From assembly GCA_965200245.1 (NCBI GenBank), contig CBDATS010000005.1, forward strand, positions 576,001 to 640,000: DNA of 64,000 bases. The letters run 5' to 3'. How positions within the stretch are numbered: position 1 is the first letter of the stretch; every line of letters starts with the position of its first letter. A program made the translations under genes and the position numbers. This document shows, one piece after another, positions 9,188 to 17,580 of the stretch. The stretch comes from a bacterium (GTDB lineage: Bacteria > UBA8248). The notes below the pieces were generated by a model. The model saw only the letters and a list, made by a program, of their open reading frames with translations, had not been told where the DNA came from and ran no database searches.

Positions 9188-10153
9188 ATGCGCAAGATTC
9201 TCATCACGCTCGCCATACTATTGCTCTCTGTTCCCGCTCCTGTCCTTGCAGCGGGGGAACGGATTCTCGTCACGAATACGCGCGACGGCACACTGAGCGT
9301 CATCTCGCGCGATACGCACGAGGTCATCAAGACGATTCCCGCGGGCAGAAAGGCGAACCGCCTCTCTCTGGCACCTGATGGGCGCCACGCCTATATTATC
9401 AACGACGGCAGCGCCTTCGTGCGCATCTTCGACACGCATACGCTCAAGTTCGTCCGCCGTGTACGCGCGGGGCGCGACCCATACAACCTCGCGTTCACGC
9501 CCGACGGCGCGCTCGCCTATTTCGTGAATACCTATTCGGACAATGTGACGATCCTCGACGTCACAGCACTCAAGATCATCGGCCTAATCAAGCACGGGGG
9601 AAACAATCCGGTGAACATCAAGCTAAGTCCCGATGGCCGCTATGCCTTCGTGGCGAACGAGTTGAGCGAGGATGTCTCCGTCATCGATCTCAAGACGAAA
9701 AAACCGATCAAGCAGATAGAGGCAGGCCACTACATTGAGGGCATCGACGTGACACGCGACGGTAAGCGGCTCTATATCATGAATGGAGAGCGGCATTCCT
9801 ACAGCGTGGTCGACTTGGACACATTCGAAATCATCCGGATCATCAAACTCTCCGGCGAGCCGCACGATGCCCTAATCACGCCGGACGGGAAATTCCTTTA
9901 TGTCACCCTCCCGCACAGGAACCGGGTGTCGGTCTTTTCGCTCCCCACGCAAAAGCGCGTCGCCAACGTGAGGCAGGGGATTCGGCCCGACCTCATCGCC
10001 TTCACGCCAGACGGTGCGCTCGCCTATGTAACGAATAGGGATTCGAAAGAATTGTTCGTGATGGACGCCAAAACACACCGAAACATCCAGAAAATCCGCG
10101 TGGGAAACGGCGCGCACGGTGTACTCGTAGTGCCTGCCCCACCTACGAATTAA
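9188..10153 (+). CDS. Exported YVTN-family beta-propeller protein (about 7 blades)
   Basis: Signal peptide; repeated (S/T/A)PDG-x-x-(A/L)Y-V-x-N...VSVID units; 11 bp downstream of the cytochrome gene. Confidence 0.88.
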   Translation: MRKILITLAILLLSVPAPVLAAGERILVTNTRDGTLSVISRDTHEVIKTIPAGRKANRLSLAPDGRHAYIINDGSAFVRIFDTHTLKFVRRVRAGRDPYNLAFTPDGALAYFVNTYSDNVTILDVTALKIIGLIKHGGNNPVNIKLSPDGRYAFVANELSEDVSVIDLKTKKPIKQIEAGHYIEGIDVTRDGKRLYIMNGERHSYSVVDLDTFEIIRIIKLSGEPHDALITPDGKFLYVTLPHRNRVSVFSLPTQKRVANVRQGIRPDLIAFTPDGALAYVTNRDSKELFVMDAKTHRNIQKIRVGNGAHGVLVVPAPPTN

Positions 10154-10613
10154 GGCTTCCGCTTCATTAACGGCGCAAGTTACTTTTTGTCTTCGTGCAT
10201 CATATGCGGGATGCGACTCCCACTCCCGAATAACTTCCCCAGGAGGGAAAAATGGCGCAGTCGAAGTACTGACGCTCTAGTTTCGGCCACGCACCCCTTG
10301 ATTTCGCTCCTAATAGTCGTCGGACGATGCCTGCTTATCTGGTACGAACTGAAACTGATGCAGTGTGGAACCGATAGAAGAGAAACAAAAAAGCACACAG
10401 TTGCACGAACGAACAATTGCTGCATTGAATTAACCGCCACCGAGAAGCGATAAGAACTCTGGAAACCTTGATCGAAAAGAACGTCGCAGTGAGCGAAGAG
10501 AAAGGTCGCCGCTTTGCCTGATTTCCTCGGCATTCCCTATAGGGTCACGAACCTTTGTCGATGGAAAACTCACTTGCCCTCACAGGCCAGTGTGTCGTAC
10601 GACTCCGGCGGTC

Positions 10614-11498
10614 TTAATAACCCTCGCCTGTGGCACAGCGAAAGCCGATTTTGTTGTTCGTATAATCGGGAGAGCGGTGGTAGCGGTTGTGGGCCGTAGC
10701 CCAAGCGACAGGGCTGCCCCAGGACGCGCCGCGCACGACTCGCGTTTTCCCCTTCGCGGGGCCGTGCGGGTCGCGCTCGGCCATTTTCCTATAAGCTTGC
10801 GAACGATAGCGGTCGGCCACCCATTCCCAGACGTTGCCGGACATATCAAGCGCGCCAAAGGGGCTTGCGCCTTTCGGGAAACGGCCCACGGGTGCTACAC
10901 CGGGGAATCCATCCTTGCCTCCCTTCAGGTTGGCTCTCATCGCCTCGCGCATCTTGCCCCAAGGGTAGCGCCTCCCGTCTCCGCCGCGTGCCGCGCGCTC
11001 CCATTCCGCCTCTGTTGGCAAGCGCCTACCCGCCCACCGACAATAAGCTTCCGCATCGACCCAACTCACGTGAGAGACGGGTTGCGTTGGTATAGTTTTC
11101 CAACTCGATTTCGATCCCTCGGGTCGTTGCCAGTCCGCGCCCTTCGTCTTTCGCCAACTGCCCTTCCCCTTCCTGAGGGAAGCATCCCAAGTCCAGGACC
11201 ATTTCCGTTTCTCGGCCGTCGTTTTGTATCCAGTCTGTGCGACGAAGTTCGCGAAGCGCTCAGCCGTCGCTTCCTCCCGGTCGATCCAGAAACCCGAGAC
11301 GAAGATTTTCCGTGGCGGGCGTTCGTCCTTATCGCCCGATTTATCCCCCATCACGAACCACCCAGATGGAACGTACACAAGCGTCGCGCCGTCAAAGCCG
11401 GACACTCTCTGCTTGACCTGTTGCGCCTCTACAAACGAACCGGTGATACCCAGGAAATTGGTTAGGATCAGACAAACAAGAAATCGTGGGGGAAACAT
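10614..11498 (-). CDS. Formylglycine-generating enzyme (SUMF1/PvdO/NirV) family protein, exported
   Basis: Signal peptide; FVMG, RRLPTEAEWERAARGG, YPWG, DMSGNVWEW, GFRC. Confidence 0.9.
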   Translation of the reverse strand: MFPPRFLVCLILTNFLGITGSFVEAQQVKQRVSGFDGATLVYVPSGWFVMGDKSGDKDERPPRKIFVSGFWIDREEATAERFANFVAQTGYKTTAEKRKWSWTWDASLRKGKGSWRKTKGADWQRPEGSKSSWKTIPTQPVSHVSWVDAEAYCRWAGRRLPTEAEWERAARGGDGRRYPWGKMREAMRANLKGGKDGFPGVAPVGRFPKGASPFGALDMSGNVWEWVADRYRSQAYRKMAERDPHGPAKGKTRVVRGASWGSPVAWATAHNRYHRSPDYTNNKIGFRCATGEGY

Positions 11499-11565
11499 AC
11501 GCGCTCTTATTTCCTTGTTACTGGCGATGAAGAGCGAATCGAAAACACCCGAGACAAACGAAAAG

Positions 11566-11994
11566 CTAGTCCCTCAGCGGGTCTCTTGGGTCGTCCACGA
11601 ACGTCGTGCCCGCTGCTTCCTTGTTAGGCATCGCTCCGTAGGTGAATATCAACTCCGCCGGCTCGTCCACGCTCGGATTCTCCTGGCCGTGAATGCAGCC
11701 GCAGGGAAAATAGACGAAGTGGCCGACGGGAACCACTTTTCTCTCAATCTCCTCCCCCTCTTTCCAGTAGATGTTGATAGGGCCTTTCACCACATAAATT
11801 GTGGTATCGCAGTTCTTGTGATAGTGCAGCGCATTGCGGCCTCCAGGGGGGATGATGGTCCTTCCCATCGTGATGGTATCTGTTCCCGTTGTTTCCCGGT
11901 TCACACCCCAGCGGATGTCATAGGGCGGTTCATAGGCCTTATCCTCGTCTATGTCGAGAGAATTTACGACTTGCGGTATCGGCAGATCCGCCAT
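11566..11994 (-). CDS. Cupin domain protein
   Basis: LHYHKNCDTTIYVVKG ... FPCGCIHGQEN cupin motifs; GGAGG RBS. Confidence 0.85.
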   Translation of the reverse strand: MADLPIPQVVNSLDIDEDKAYEPPYDIRWGVNRETTGTDTITMGRTIIPPGGRNALHYHKNCDTTIYVVKGPINIYWKEGEEIERKVVPVGHFVYFPCGCIHGQENPSVDEPAELIFTYGAMPNKEAAGTTFVDDPRDPLRD

Positions 11995-12038
11995 GTGCTC
12001 ACCTCCATAAATGTGGGCAAACCCAGATTGTTCCCACC

Positions 12039-13265
12039 CTATCCCTCGGGTGAAGTCGTCCAGGATACGATGTCCTTCTCTCTCAAGTCCTCGAGTTCCT
12101 CGGCCCCCATGCCGAGCAAATCGCCCAACACCTCTCTCGTGTGCTCTCCCAAGTAGGGCGCACGCTTATACTTTATCTCCGTGCCCGGCAACGTGATGGG
12201 CGGAGCCAAGAGCTTTATCTTTCCCGCCGCGGGGTGATCCACCTCCACAATCATGTTGCGCGCGAGAGTTTGAGGATCTTCCATTGCCTGTGTCACGGTG
12301 TTCACTGGCGCGAAAGGCACGTGTCCCTGGAGCAGAACGGTCCACTCCGCGTTCGTTTTCCCCCGGAACGCACGTTCAAGGATATCAAGCAGAGCCTCGC
12401 GGTTCTCGAAGCGATCCTGGGCCATCCTGAAGCGCGGGTCTTCGGCGAGTTCCGGCATGTCCATGCGGTCGACGAGAATGGGAAAGAAACTCTGCTTGAG
12501 GCAAAGCACACTTATCCACCCGTCTTTGGTCTCGAAATTCTGCGCGGGCACCATAGAGGGATGCGCGCTGTGGGAGAATTTCTGTGGCGTATAGCCGCAG
12601 TTGAGCGTCCAGGTAGCCATGTAGGCAAGTTGCACCAAGGCACCGTCCATCAGCGCCACGTCAACATCCCTCCCCCTTCCGGTTCGGTTCGCCTCCCAGA
12701 GCGCGGCCAAAAGGCCGACGAGCGATATGAAACCGCCCGAAAAATCCACGAAGCTCACACCCGCCTTGGTGGGGGGGCCGTCAGGCTCCCCTGCCAGGTA
12801 CATGATGCCCGTATATGCTTGCATGAGGTAGTCATAGGCTGGCTCACCAGCTCTGGGACCCGTCATCCCGTATCCCGAAAGGAAACAGCACACAATCTTC
12901 TCGTTGTAGGGGCTTAAGTGCTTGTACGTGATTTCGAGTTTCTCGGGCGCCGTGCCCCTGCAATTCGCATAGAGCGCATCCGCTTTGGGGACGAGCCTGC
13001 GCAGTATCGCTTTGCCCTCTGGCGTGCGAATCCGGAGCGCGACGCTTTTCTTGTTGCGGTTTAAAGACTGGAAATAATAGCTGTCGTTATTCGGAAGTGA
13101 ATAAGGGGGGACAGGCCGTGCAGAATCGCCACCCACGGCGTGATCCTCTATCTTGATGATTTCCGCCCCCATGTCCGCCAACAGTTGCGAGGCCAGCGGT
13201 CCCGCGCCAAACTGCTCCACCGCCAGTATCCGAAGTCCCTCCAGCGGTAGTTGACCGTCCATCAA
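12039..13265 (-). CDS. Class III CoA-transferase (CaiB/BaiF family)
   Basis: LEGLRIL, AGP, LADMGAEIIKIE, NRNKKS, catalytic-type D in VDFSGG, APYLGEHT. Confidence 0.93.
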   Translation of the reverse strand: MMDGQLPLEGLRILAVEQFGAGPLASQLLADMGAEIIKIEDHAVGGDSARPVPPYSLPNNDSYYFQSLNRNKKSVALRIRTPEGKAILRRLVPKADALYANCRGTAPEKLEITYKHLSPYNEKIVCCFLSGYGMTGPRAGEPAYDYLMQAYTGIMYLAGEPDGPPTKAGVSFVDFSGGFISLVGLLAALWEANRTGRGRDVDVALMDGALVQLAYMATWTLNCGYTPQKFSHSAHPSMVPAQNFETKDGWISVLCLKQSFFPILVDRMDMPELAEDPRFRMAQDRFENREALLDILERAFRGKTNAEWTVLLQGHVPFAPVNTVTQAMEDPQTLARNMIVEVDHPAAGKIKLLAPPITLPGTEIKYKRAPYLGEHTREVLGDLLGMGAEELEDLREKDIVSWTTSPEG

Positions 13266-13529
13266 TCAAACCCTTTCCCGAATTTCCGACCGAGCAGTTC
13301 ACGCTGCCACGCAGTACGAACCCTTAGTAATATCAACGCTTTCGAGCCCAAGTACGTTCATCTTCATTCCTGAGCACAATGAGGGTATTACAAAACGTGG
13401 TGAAAGTATATTTGCGGTTTCTATTGCGCCGCGTATTTTGCTACAGTTTGCTTTGTATCGACTTGATCTTCAGTTTTCAATTCACCCGAAAGGCTGAGTC
13501 TTTCATCATTTCAGGGAATACATTTATTT

Positions 13530-14276
13530 ATGGTCACTAAAATATCGATTCAAAACTTAAGAAAAATCTATGATACCCCCGAAAGGCGGGTTCATGCCTT
13601 GGAAGGTGTGAACCTCGACATCGAGGACGGCGAGTTCATTTGCTTCGTGGGGCTTTCAGGCTGCGGAAAGACGACGTTGCTCAACATGTTGGCGGGTTTC
13701 GTCGAAATCACCGCGGGGACAATTACTATGGACGGAAAGCCACTCACACAGGACTACGACAAAGGCGTCGTCTTCCAGGAATACGCCCTCTTCCCGTGGC
13801 GCACAGCTAGGCAGAACGTGGAATACGGCCTTGAGATCAGAAACGTGCCCGAGGGGGAGCGCAAAAGAATCGCATTAGACTTCTTACGCCTCGTTCGCCT
13901 CGAGGAGTTTGCAGAATTTTACCCCCACAGCCTCTCGGGTGGCATGCGCCAGCGTGTAGCGGTGGCGAGAGCCATGGCGTTCGACCCGCAAATTCTCCTG
14001 ATGGACGAACCTTTCGGAGCGCTCGACGCCCAGACGCGCGAAGAGTTACAAGAATTGACCGTCGACGTATGGCAGAAAACGAAAAAAACGATTCTCTATG
14101 TCACACACAACCTGAGCGAAGCCGTCTACCTTGGGAACCGGATCGTGATTTTCGTTCCGAATCCGGGAAGGATCCGCGAGATCGTGAAGGTGGATCTGCC
14201 CAGACCCAGGGATGACCTCGCACCCGAGTTCATCAAACTACAACGAAGAGTCAACGATTTGATTCGCGATTTTTAG
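13530..14276 (+). CDS. ABC transporter ATP-binding protein, NitT/TauT (SsuB/TauB) family
   Basis: GLSGCGKT, VVFQEYALFPW, LSGGMRQR, LLMDEPFGALD, VTH. Confidence 0.95.
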   Translation: MVTKISIQNLRKIYDTPERRVHALEGVNLDIEDGEFICFVGLSGCGKTTLLNMLAGFVEITAGTITMDGKPLTQDYDKGVVFQEYALFPWRTARQNVEYGLEIRNVPEGERKRIALDFLRLVRLEEFAEFYPHSLSGGMRQRVAVARAMAFDPQILLMDEPFGALDAQTREELQELTVDVWQKTKKTILYVTHNLSEAVYLGNRIVIFVPNPGRIREIVKVDLPRPRDDLAPEFIKLQRRVNDLIRDF

Positions 14277-14289
14277 AGAGGAATTTTCC

Positions 14290-15213
14290 ATGCAGACATC
14301 CCAGGCAGCATCCGCTCCGCCGTCGCTGGATGAGAAGAAAAAAGTGAAATCGTCTCTCTTGGTGAAGCTGAGACCTATTTACCCGTTCATCGTCATCCTC
14401 GCCATCTGGCAGGTCGCAGCCATGCAGGCCAGAGGCAACCAAGGAAGGCTCTTCCCGACCGTGGACGCGATTGCCTACCGGGCTTGGGAACTCATTACGG
14501 ACCCCCTGTTCCGGGAACTGGCTGAAAACCCGAACCTCGACCTCATGGGTCAATTCTGGAAACTCCTGGAGAGTCCGATACTCCTCCACACACTAAACAC
14601 AGCGTGGCGACTACCGTTCTCGTTCTTCATCGCCGCTATCGTCGGCACCATCGTGGGCATTCTGATGGGCCGCTTCGCCTTCTGGGAATCGTTCTTCGTC
14701 CCTCTTCTCTCGGTGCTACTGCCGATTCCGGCCATTGCGTGGACACCTATCGTTGTCATCTGGTCGGGTTTGGGGAACAAGACGGTCATTGTCATCACCG
14801 CTTTTGCTTCGTTCCTGCCTATCGCCATGGCTGTCTGGACAGGAGTGAAAACCGTGAACCCAGTATGGATACGCGCGGCCCAGTCGATGAACGCGGACAA
14901 GATGACGATTTTCCGTACCGTCGTACTGCCCGGTTCACTGCCGATGATTCTTAGCGGCATGCGCATCGGCTTGGCACGCGCTTGGCGCGCTGGCGTCGGC
15001 GCCGAGGCGTTCGCGGGCATCCGCTGGGGACTTTCGGCCGGAATCTTCGACGCGCAGGAATACCTCGACATTGCGTTCATGATGGTCGCTCTCGGCGTTC
15101 TCGGCCTGTTTGGCTTCGTTCTGGAGAAAGCGCTCTTCCAGCCCATCGAAAGCCGCACCGTAATTCGCTGGGGGATGATGGAAGCGATGGGCGCGCAGGA
15201 CAAGAAGGTCTAA
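14290..15213 (+). CDS. ABC transporter permease, NitT/TauT (SsuC/TauC) family
   Basis: Hydrophobic helices, PIPAIAW, EAA-like RAAQSMNA, VVLPGSLP. Confidence 0.92.
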   Translation: MQTSQAASAPPSLDEKKKVKSSLLVKLRPIYPFIVILAIWQVAAMQARGNQGRLFPTVDAIAYRAWELITDPLFRELAENPNLDLMGQFWKLLESPILLHTLNTAWRLPFSFFIAAIVGTIVGILMGRFAFWESFFVPLLSVLLPIPAIAWTPIVVIWSGLGNKTVIVITAFASFLPIAMAVWTGVKTVNPVWIRAAQSMNADKMTIFRTVVLPGSLPMILSGMRIGLARAWRAGVGAEAFAGIRWGLSAGIFDAQEYLDIAFMMVALGVLGLFGFVLEKALFQPIESRTVIRWGMMEAMGAQDKKV

Positions 15214-15239
15214 CCAAATAAATTTCAAATTACCAGGAG

Positions 15240-15268
15240 CCGGGGGTGCGTTGCGTACCCCCGGTTTT
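15240..15268 (+). terminator. Intrinsic terminator after the permease
   Basis: ccgggggtgcg-ttg-cgtacccccgg followed by tttt. Confidence 0.7.
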
Positions 15269-15412
15269 CGTGCAGAAAGATGATTTCCTACACGCGTTAC
15301 TGCCGTTATATTTTTGGGGAACCCTACGGCGTGAACTAGAGACAGCATAAAGAAACAGGGATCAAGAGAAGAGGCATCCTGCAAATGCAGGATTGAACCA
15401 AAAAACCGACTC

Positions 15413-15480
15413 AAGAACAAGAAACCCCCGGGAGTTTCGCGCCCCGGGGGGGGGGGGGGGTTCGTGCTTTTTCTTGTTCG
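15413..15480. terminator. Probable bidirectional terminator between convergent genes, containing a G15 run
   Basis: An A-rich flank and cccccggg arm pair with a cccggggg(G15) arm and T-rich flank, immediately downstream of the SBP stop codon. Confidence 0.55.
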
Positions 15481-15484
15481 TTGA

Positions 15485-16474
15485 CTAGTTGTAGCCGATA
15501 TCTTTCGCGGCCTTACGTAGGATGGAGTCATCCAGCCAAGGAATCTTCGTGAAGTCGGGGCGGCTCTTGATCCAGCCGAGCTTAATCTGCTTGTCGCCCA
15601 TGTCGTTCAGGTAGTTCTTTACCCGATCGGTAAGGAAAACCTCGGTCTTGAGCTTCTTGAGAGCCTTGAGCGTCGTGCTCACCTTGGCCTTGTCGCCCAC
15701 CTCGTTCAGCGCCTTGGTGTAAACCTTCGCATATTTCTTGGGGTCGTTTTTCAGCAACTGGTGCGCCTTCAGCCAGCCCTTGAAGTACTTGTAGATCATA
15801 TCGGGGTGCTTCTTGATGGTTTGGGGGTTGCCCACATGCATCATGCTCGTGTTGTCGTATTTACAAAGATCCTCAAGGTAGCGCACTATGCCCTTCTCAC
15901 GGGCGATTTCACCTTGCGGTTCACCGATCATAGCCGCTTGAGCGGCGCCGGACACCAAAGCTGCAATGCGCTCGGTAGTGCGGACGCTCAGAAGAGGGAA
16001 GTCCGAACTCTTGAGGCCATAAGCGGGAATGACGTAGGACTGGAAAGCAAAATCCGTGCTCGTACCCTTCTTGTTGGCGAATACCGAACCCTTGAGGTCC
16101 TTCAGGCTCTTCGCTTTCGAATTCGCGGGCACGATGATGTTGATAGCGGCGCAGATGTTCGCCGTCACTCCGATGGCCGTTATTTTGGCACCCTTGGATA
16201 TAGCCGTGGTGAAGGGCGAGAAACCCGTGGTACCAGTATCCAGGTTGTTCTGAATAATGGCATTGCGCATCAGCTTGCCCTGTTTGAAGTGGCCGATCGA
16301 ATACTTGAGGCCTTCTTTTTTCCAGTAGCCCATGCGGTCGGCGAGGATTTCATAAGAACCCCACATGCCACGGTGCGCGCCGACACGCAACGAAGCCGAA
16401 TCGGCGGGCGTGGCCACTACGAACGTGCTTGCCACAAACGCGGCGGCCAATACAAAACCAACAAACCTTTTCAT
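15485..16474 (-). CDS. ABC transporter substrate-binding protein (SsuA/TauA/NMT1-like)
   Basis: Signal peptide, GYWKKEGL, SLKDLKG, KGTSTD, IGEP; AAGGAGG RBS. Confidence 0.88.
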   Translation of the reverse strand: MKRFVGFVLAAAFVASTFVVATPADSASLRVGAHRGMWGSYEILADRMGYWKKEGLKYSIGHFKQGKLMRNAIIQNNLDTGTTGFSPFTTAISKGAKITAIGVTANICAAINIIVPANSKAKSLKDLKGSVFANKKGTSTDFAFQSYVIPAYGLKSSDFPLLSVRTTERIAALVSGAAQAAMIGEPQGEIAREKGIVRYLEDLCKYDNTSMMHVGNPQTIKKHPDMIYKYFKGWLKAHQLLKNDPKKYAKVYTKALNEVGDKAKVSTTLKALKKLKTEVFLTDRVKNYLNDMGDKQIKLGWIKSRPDFTKIPWLDDSILRKAAKDIGYN

Positions 16475-16664
16475 GCCTGTTCCTCCTTCAAGTGAATGAA
16501 AACTGCCATAGTAAAACTAAAATATTACGGAAAAACGCAAGATCTTCGGAGCAGGAATTCTCACTATGACGGAAACCTATACCAGCGGTTCAAAGCCTCC
16601 TCTCAAGCTGTGAAAAGAGATAACCTGCCCAAAATGAACTCCGTTTTCACGTAACCATGAGATT

Positions 16665-16696
16665 ATTATACAACATGCGCAGAGAATACAACATGC
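16665..16696 (-). promoter_or_regulatory. TATAAT -10 box overlapped by an 11-bp direct repeat (candidate operator)
   Basis: On the minus strand GCATGTTGTAT occurs at 16696-16686 and 16678-16668, and TATAAT at 16670-16665, about 190 bp upstream of the SBP start. Confidence 0.5.
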
Positions 16697-16732
16697 AAGG
16701 AGGTTGTTCCGTTGCCTCTTCTGCGTCGTCAG

Positions 16733-17318
16733 GTTGTAGCCGATGTCTTTCGCGGCCTTGCGGAGGATGGAGTCACCCAGTCAATGGAAATTCATGAAGT
16801 CGGGGCAACTCTTGCTCCAGCCGATCTTGCTCTGCTTGTCGTCCATGTCATTCAGATAGTCCTTTACCCTGTTCGACAAGAAGAACTCGGAGTTGATCTT
16901 TTTCACGACCTTTAGAGTGGTGCTTACCCTAGCCTTGTCGCTCACCTCGTTCTGCACCTTGGTGCAGGCCTTAGCGTCGCTAATAAGTAACAGATGAGTC
17001 TTCAGCCAGCCCCTGAAATTCTTCCAGAAGAGTTCGGTGTGCTTCTTGATCGCCTGTGGATTGCGGATTGCCCACGCGCATCATGCTCGTGTTGTCGTAC
17101 CTGAAGAGAACCCGGGAATAATGAACCTGTCTCATGAGCGATTTCACCCGGTGGGTCGCCGACCGTGGCTACCTTGGCGGCGCCGGACATCAGCGTGGCA
17201 ATGCGCTTGGTGACGCAGACCGCTCAAGAGCGGGAAGTTCGATCTCCCGATGCCAAGCGCGGGAACGACGGAGTACAGGAAGACAAAATCCGTGCTCGCG
17301 CCCTATCTTGTTGGCGAA
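16733..17318 (-). pseudogene. Decayed paralog of the 3' ~590 bp of the adjacent substrate-binding protein gene
   Basis: Colinear DNA similarity to 15488-16081 (e.g. encodes DSILRKAAKDIGYN); Trp codon changed to TGA at 16781-16783; several indels; 5' part missing. Confidence 0.9.
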
Positions 17319-17384
17319 CAAGGGTAGTTTGTCCATTTCGTCGAATGGCTTTTTGGGATATGGAAAATTCCGGGCGCAATAATA

Positions 17385-17462
17385 TGGCGGGGCTGACGGG
17401 ACTCGAACCCGCGATCTCTGGCTTGACAGGCCAGCGCGATAACCAATCTTCGCTACAGCCCC
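17385..17462 (-). tRNA. tRNA-Asp (GTC)
   Basis: Acceptor GGGGCTG/CAGCCCC, anticodon arm CTGGC-CT GTC AA-GCCAG, GGTTCGAGTCC T-arm, encoded CCA. Confidence 0.97.
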
Positions 17463-17490
17463 CATGGGAATACCGCCCGAAGGATGTCGG

Positions 17491-17520
17491 TTTATAGCTT
17501 GCTCTCGGGTCGGAAGTCAA
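17491..17520 (-). promoter_or_regulatory. Sigma70-type promoter for tRNA-Asp
   Basis: TTGACT-18 bp-TATAAA, ending about 28 bp upstream of the tRNA 5' end. Confidence 0.6.
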
Positions 17521-17580
17521 CACGAAAAAACTACGTTCCACTTCAAAAGTACACCGAAATTCCATAGAGTGAATCTTCGC

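Noticed and set aside
10180-10533. ORFs in the gap between the propeller and FGE-like genes, or a possible nirK remnant
   Set aside because: No recognizable motif, RBS or cupredoxin-like residues in the translations.
16781-16783. In-frame TGA in the SBP copy as a second selenocysteine
   Set aside because: It replaces a Trp codon of the intact paralog, and the copy has frameshifts, so it is a nonsense mutation.
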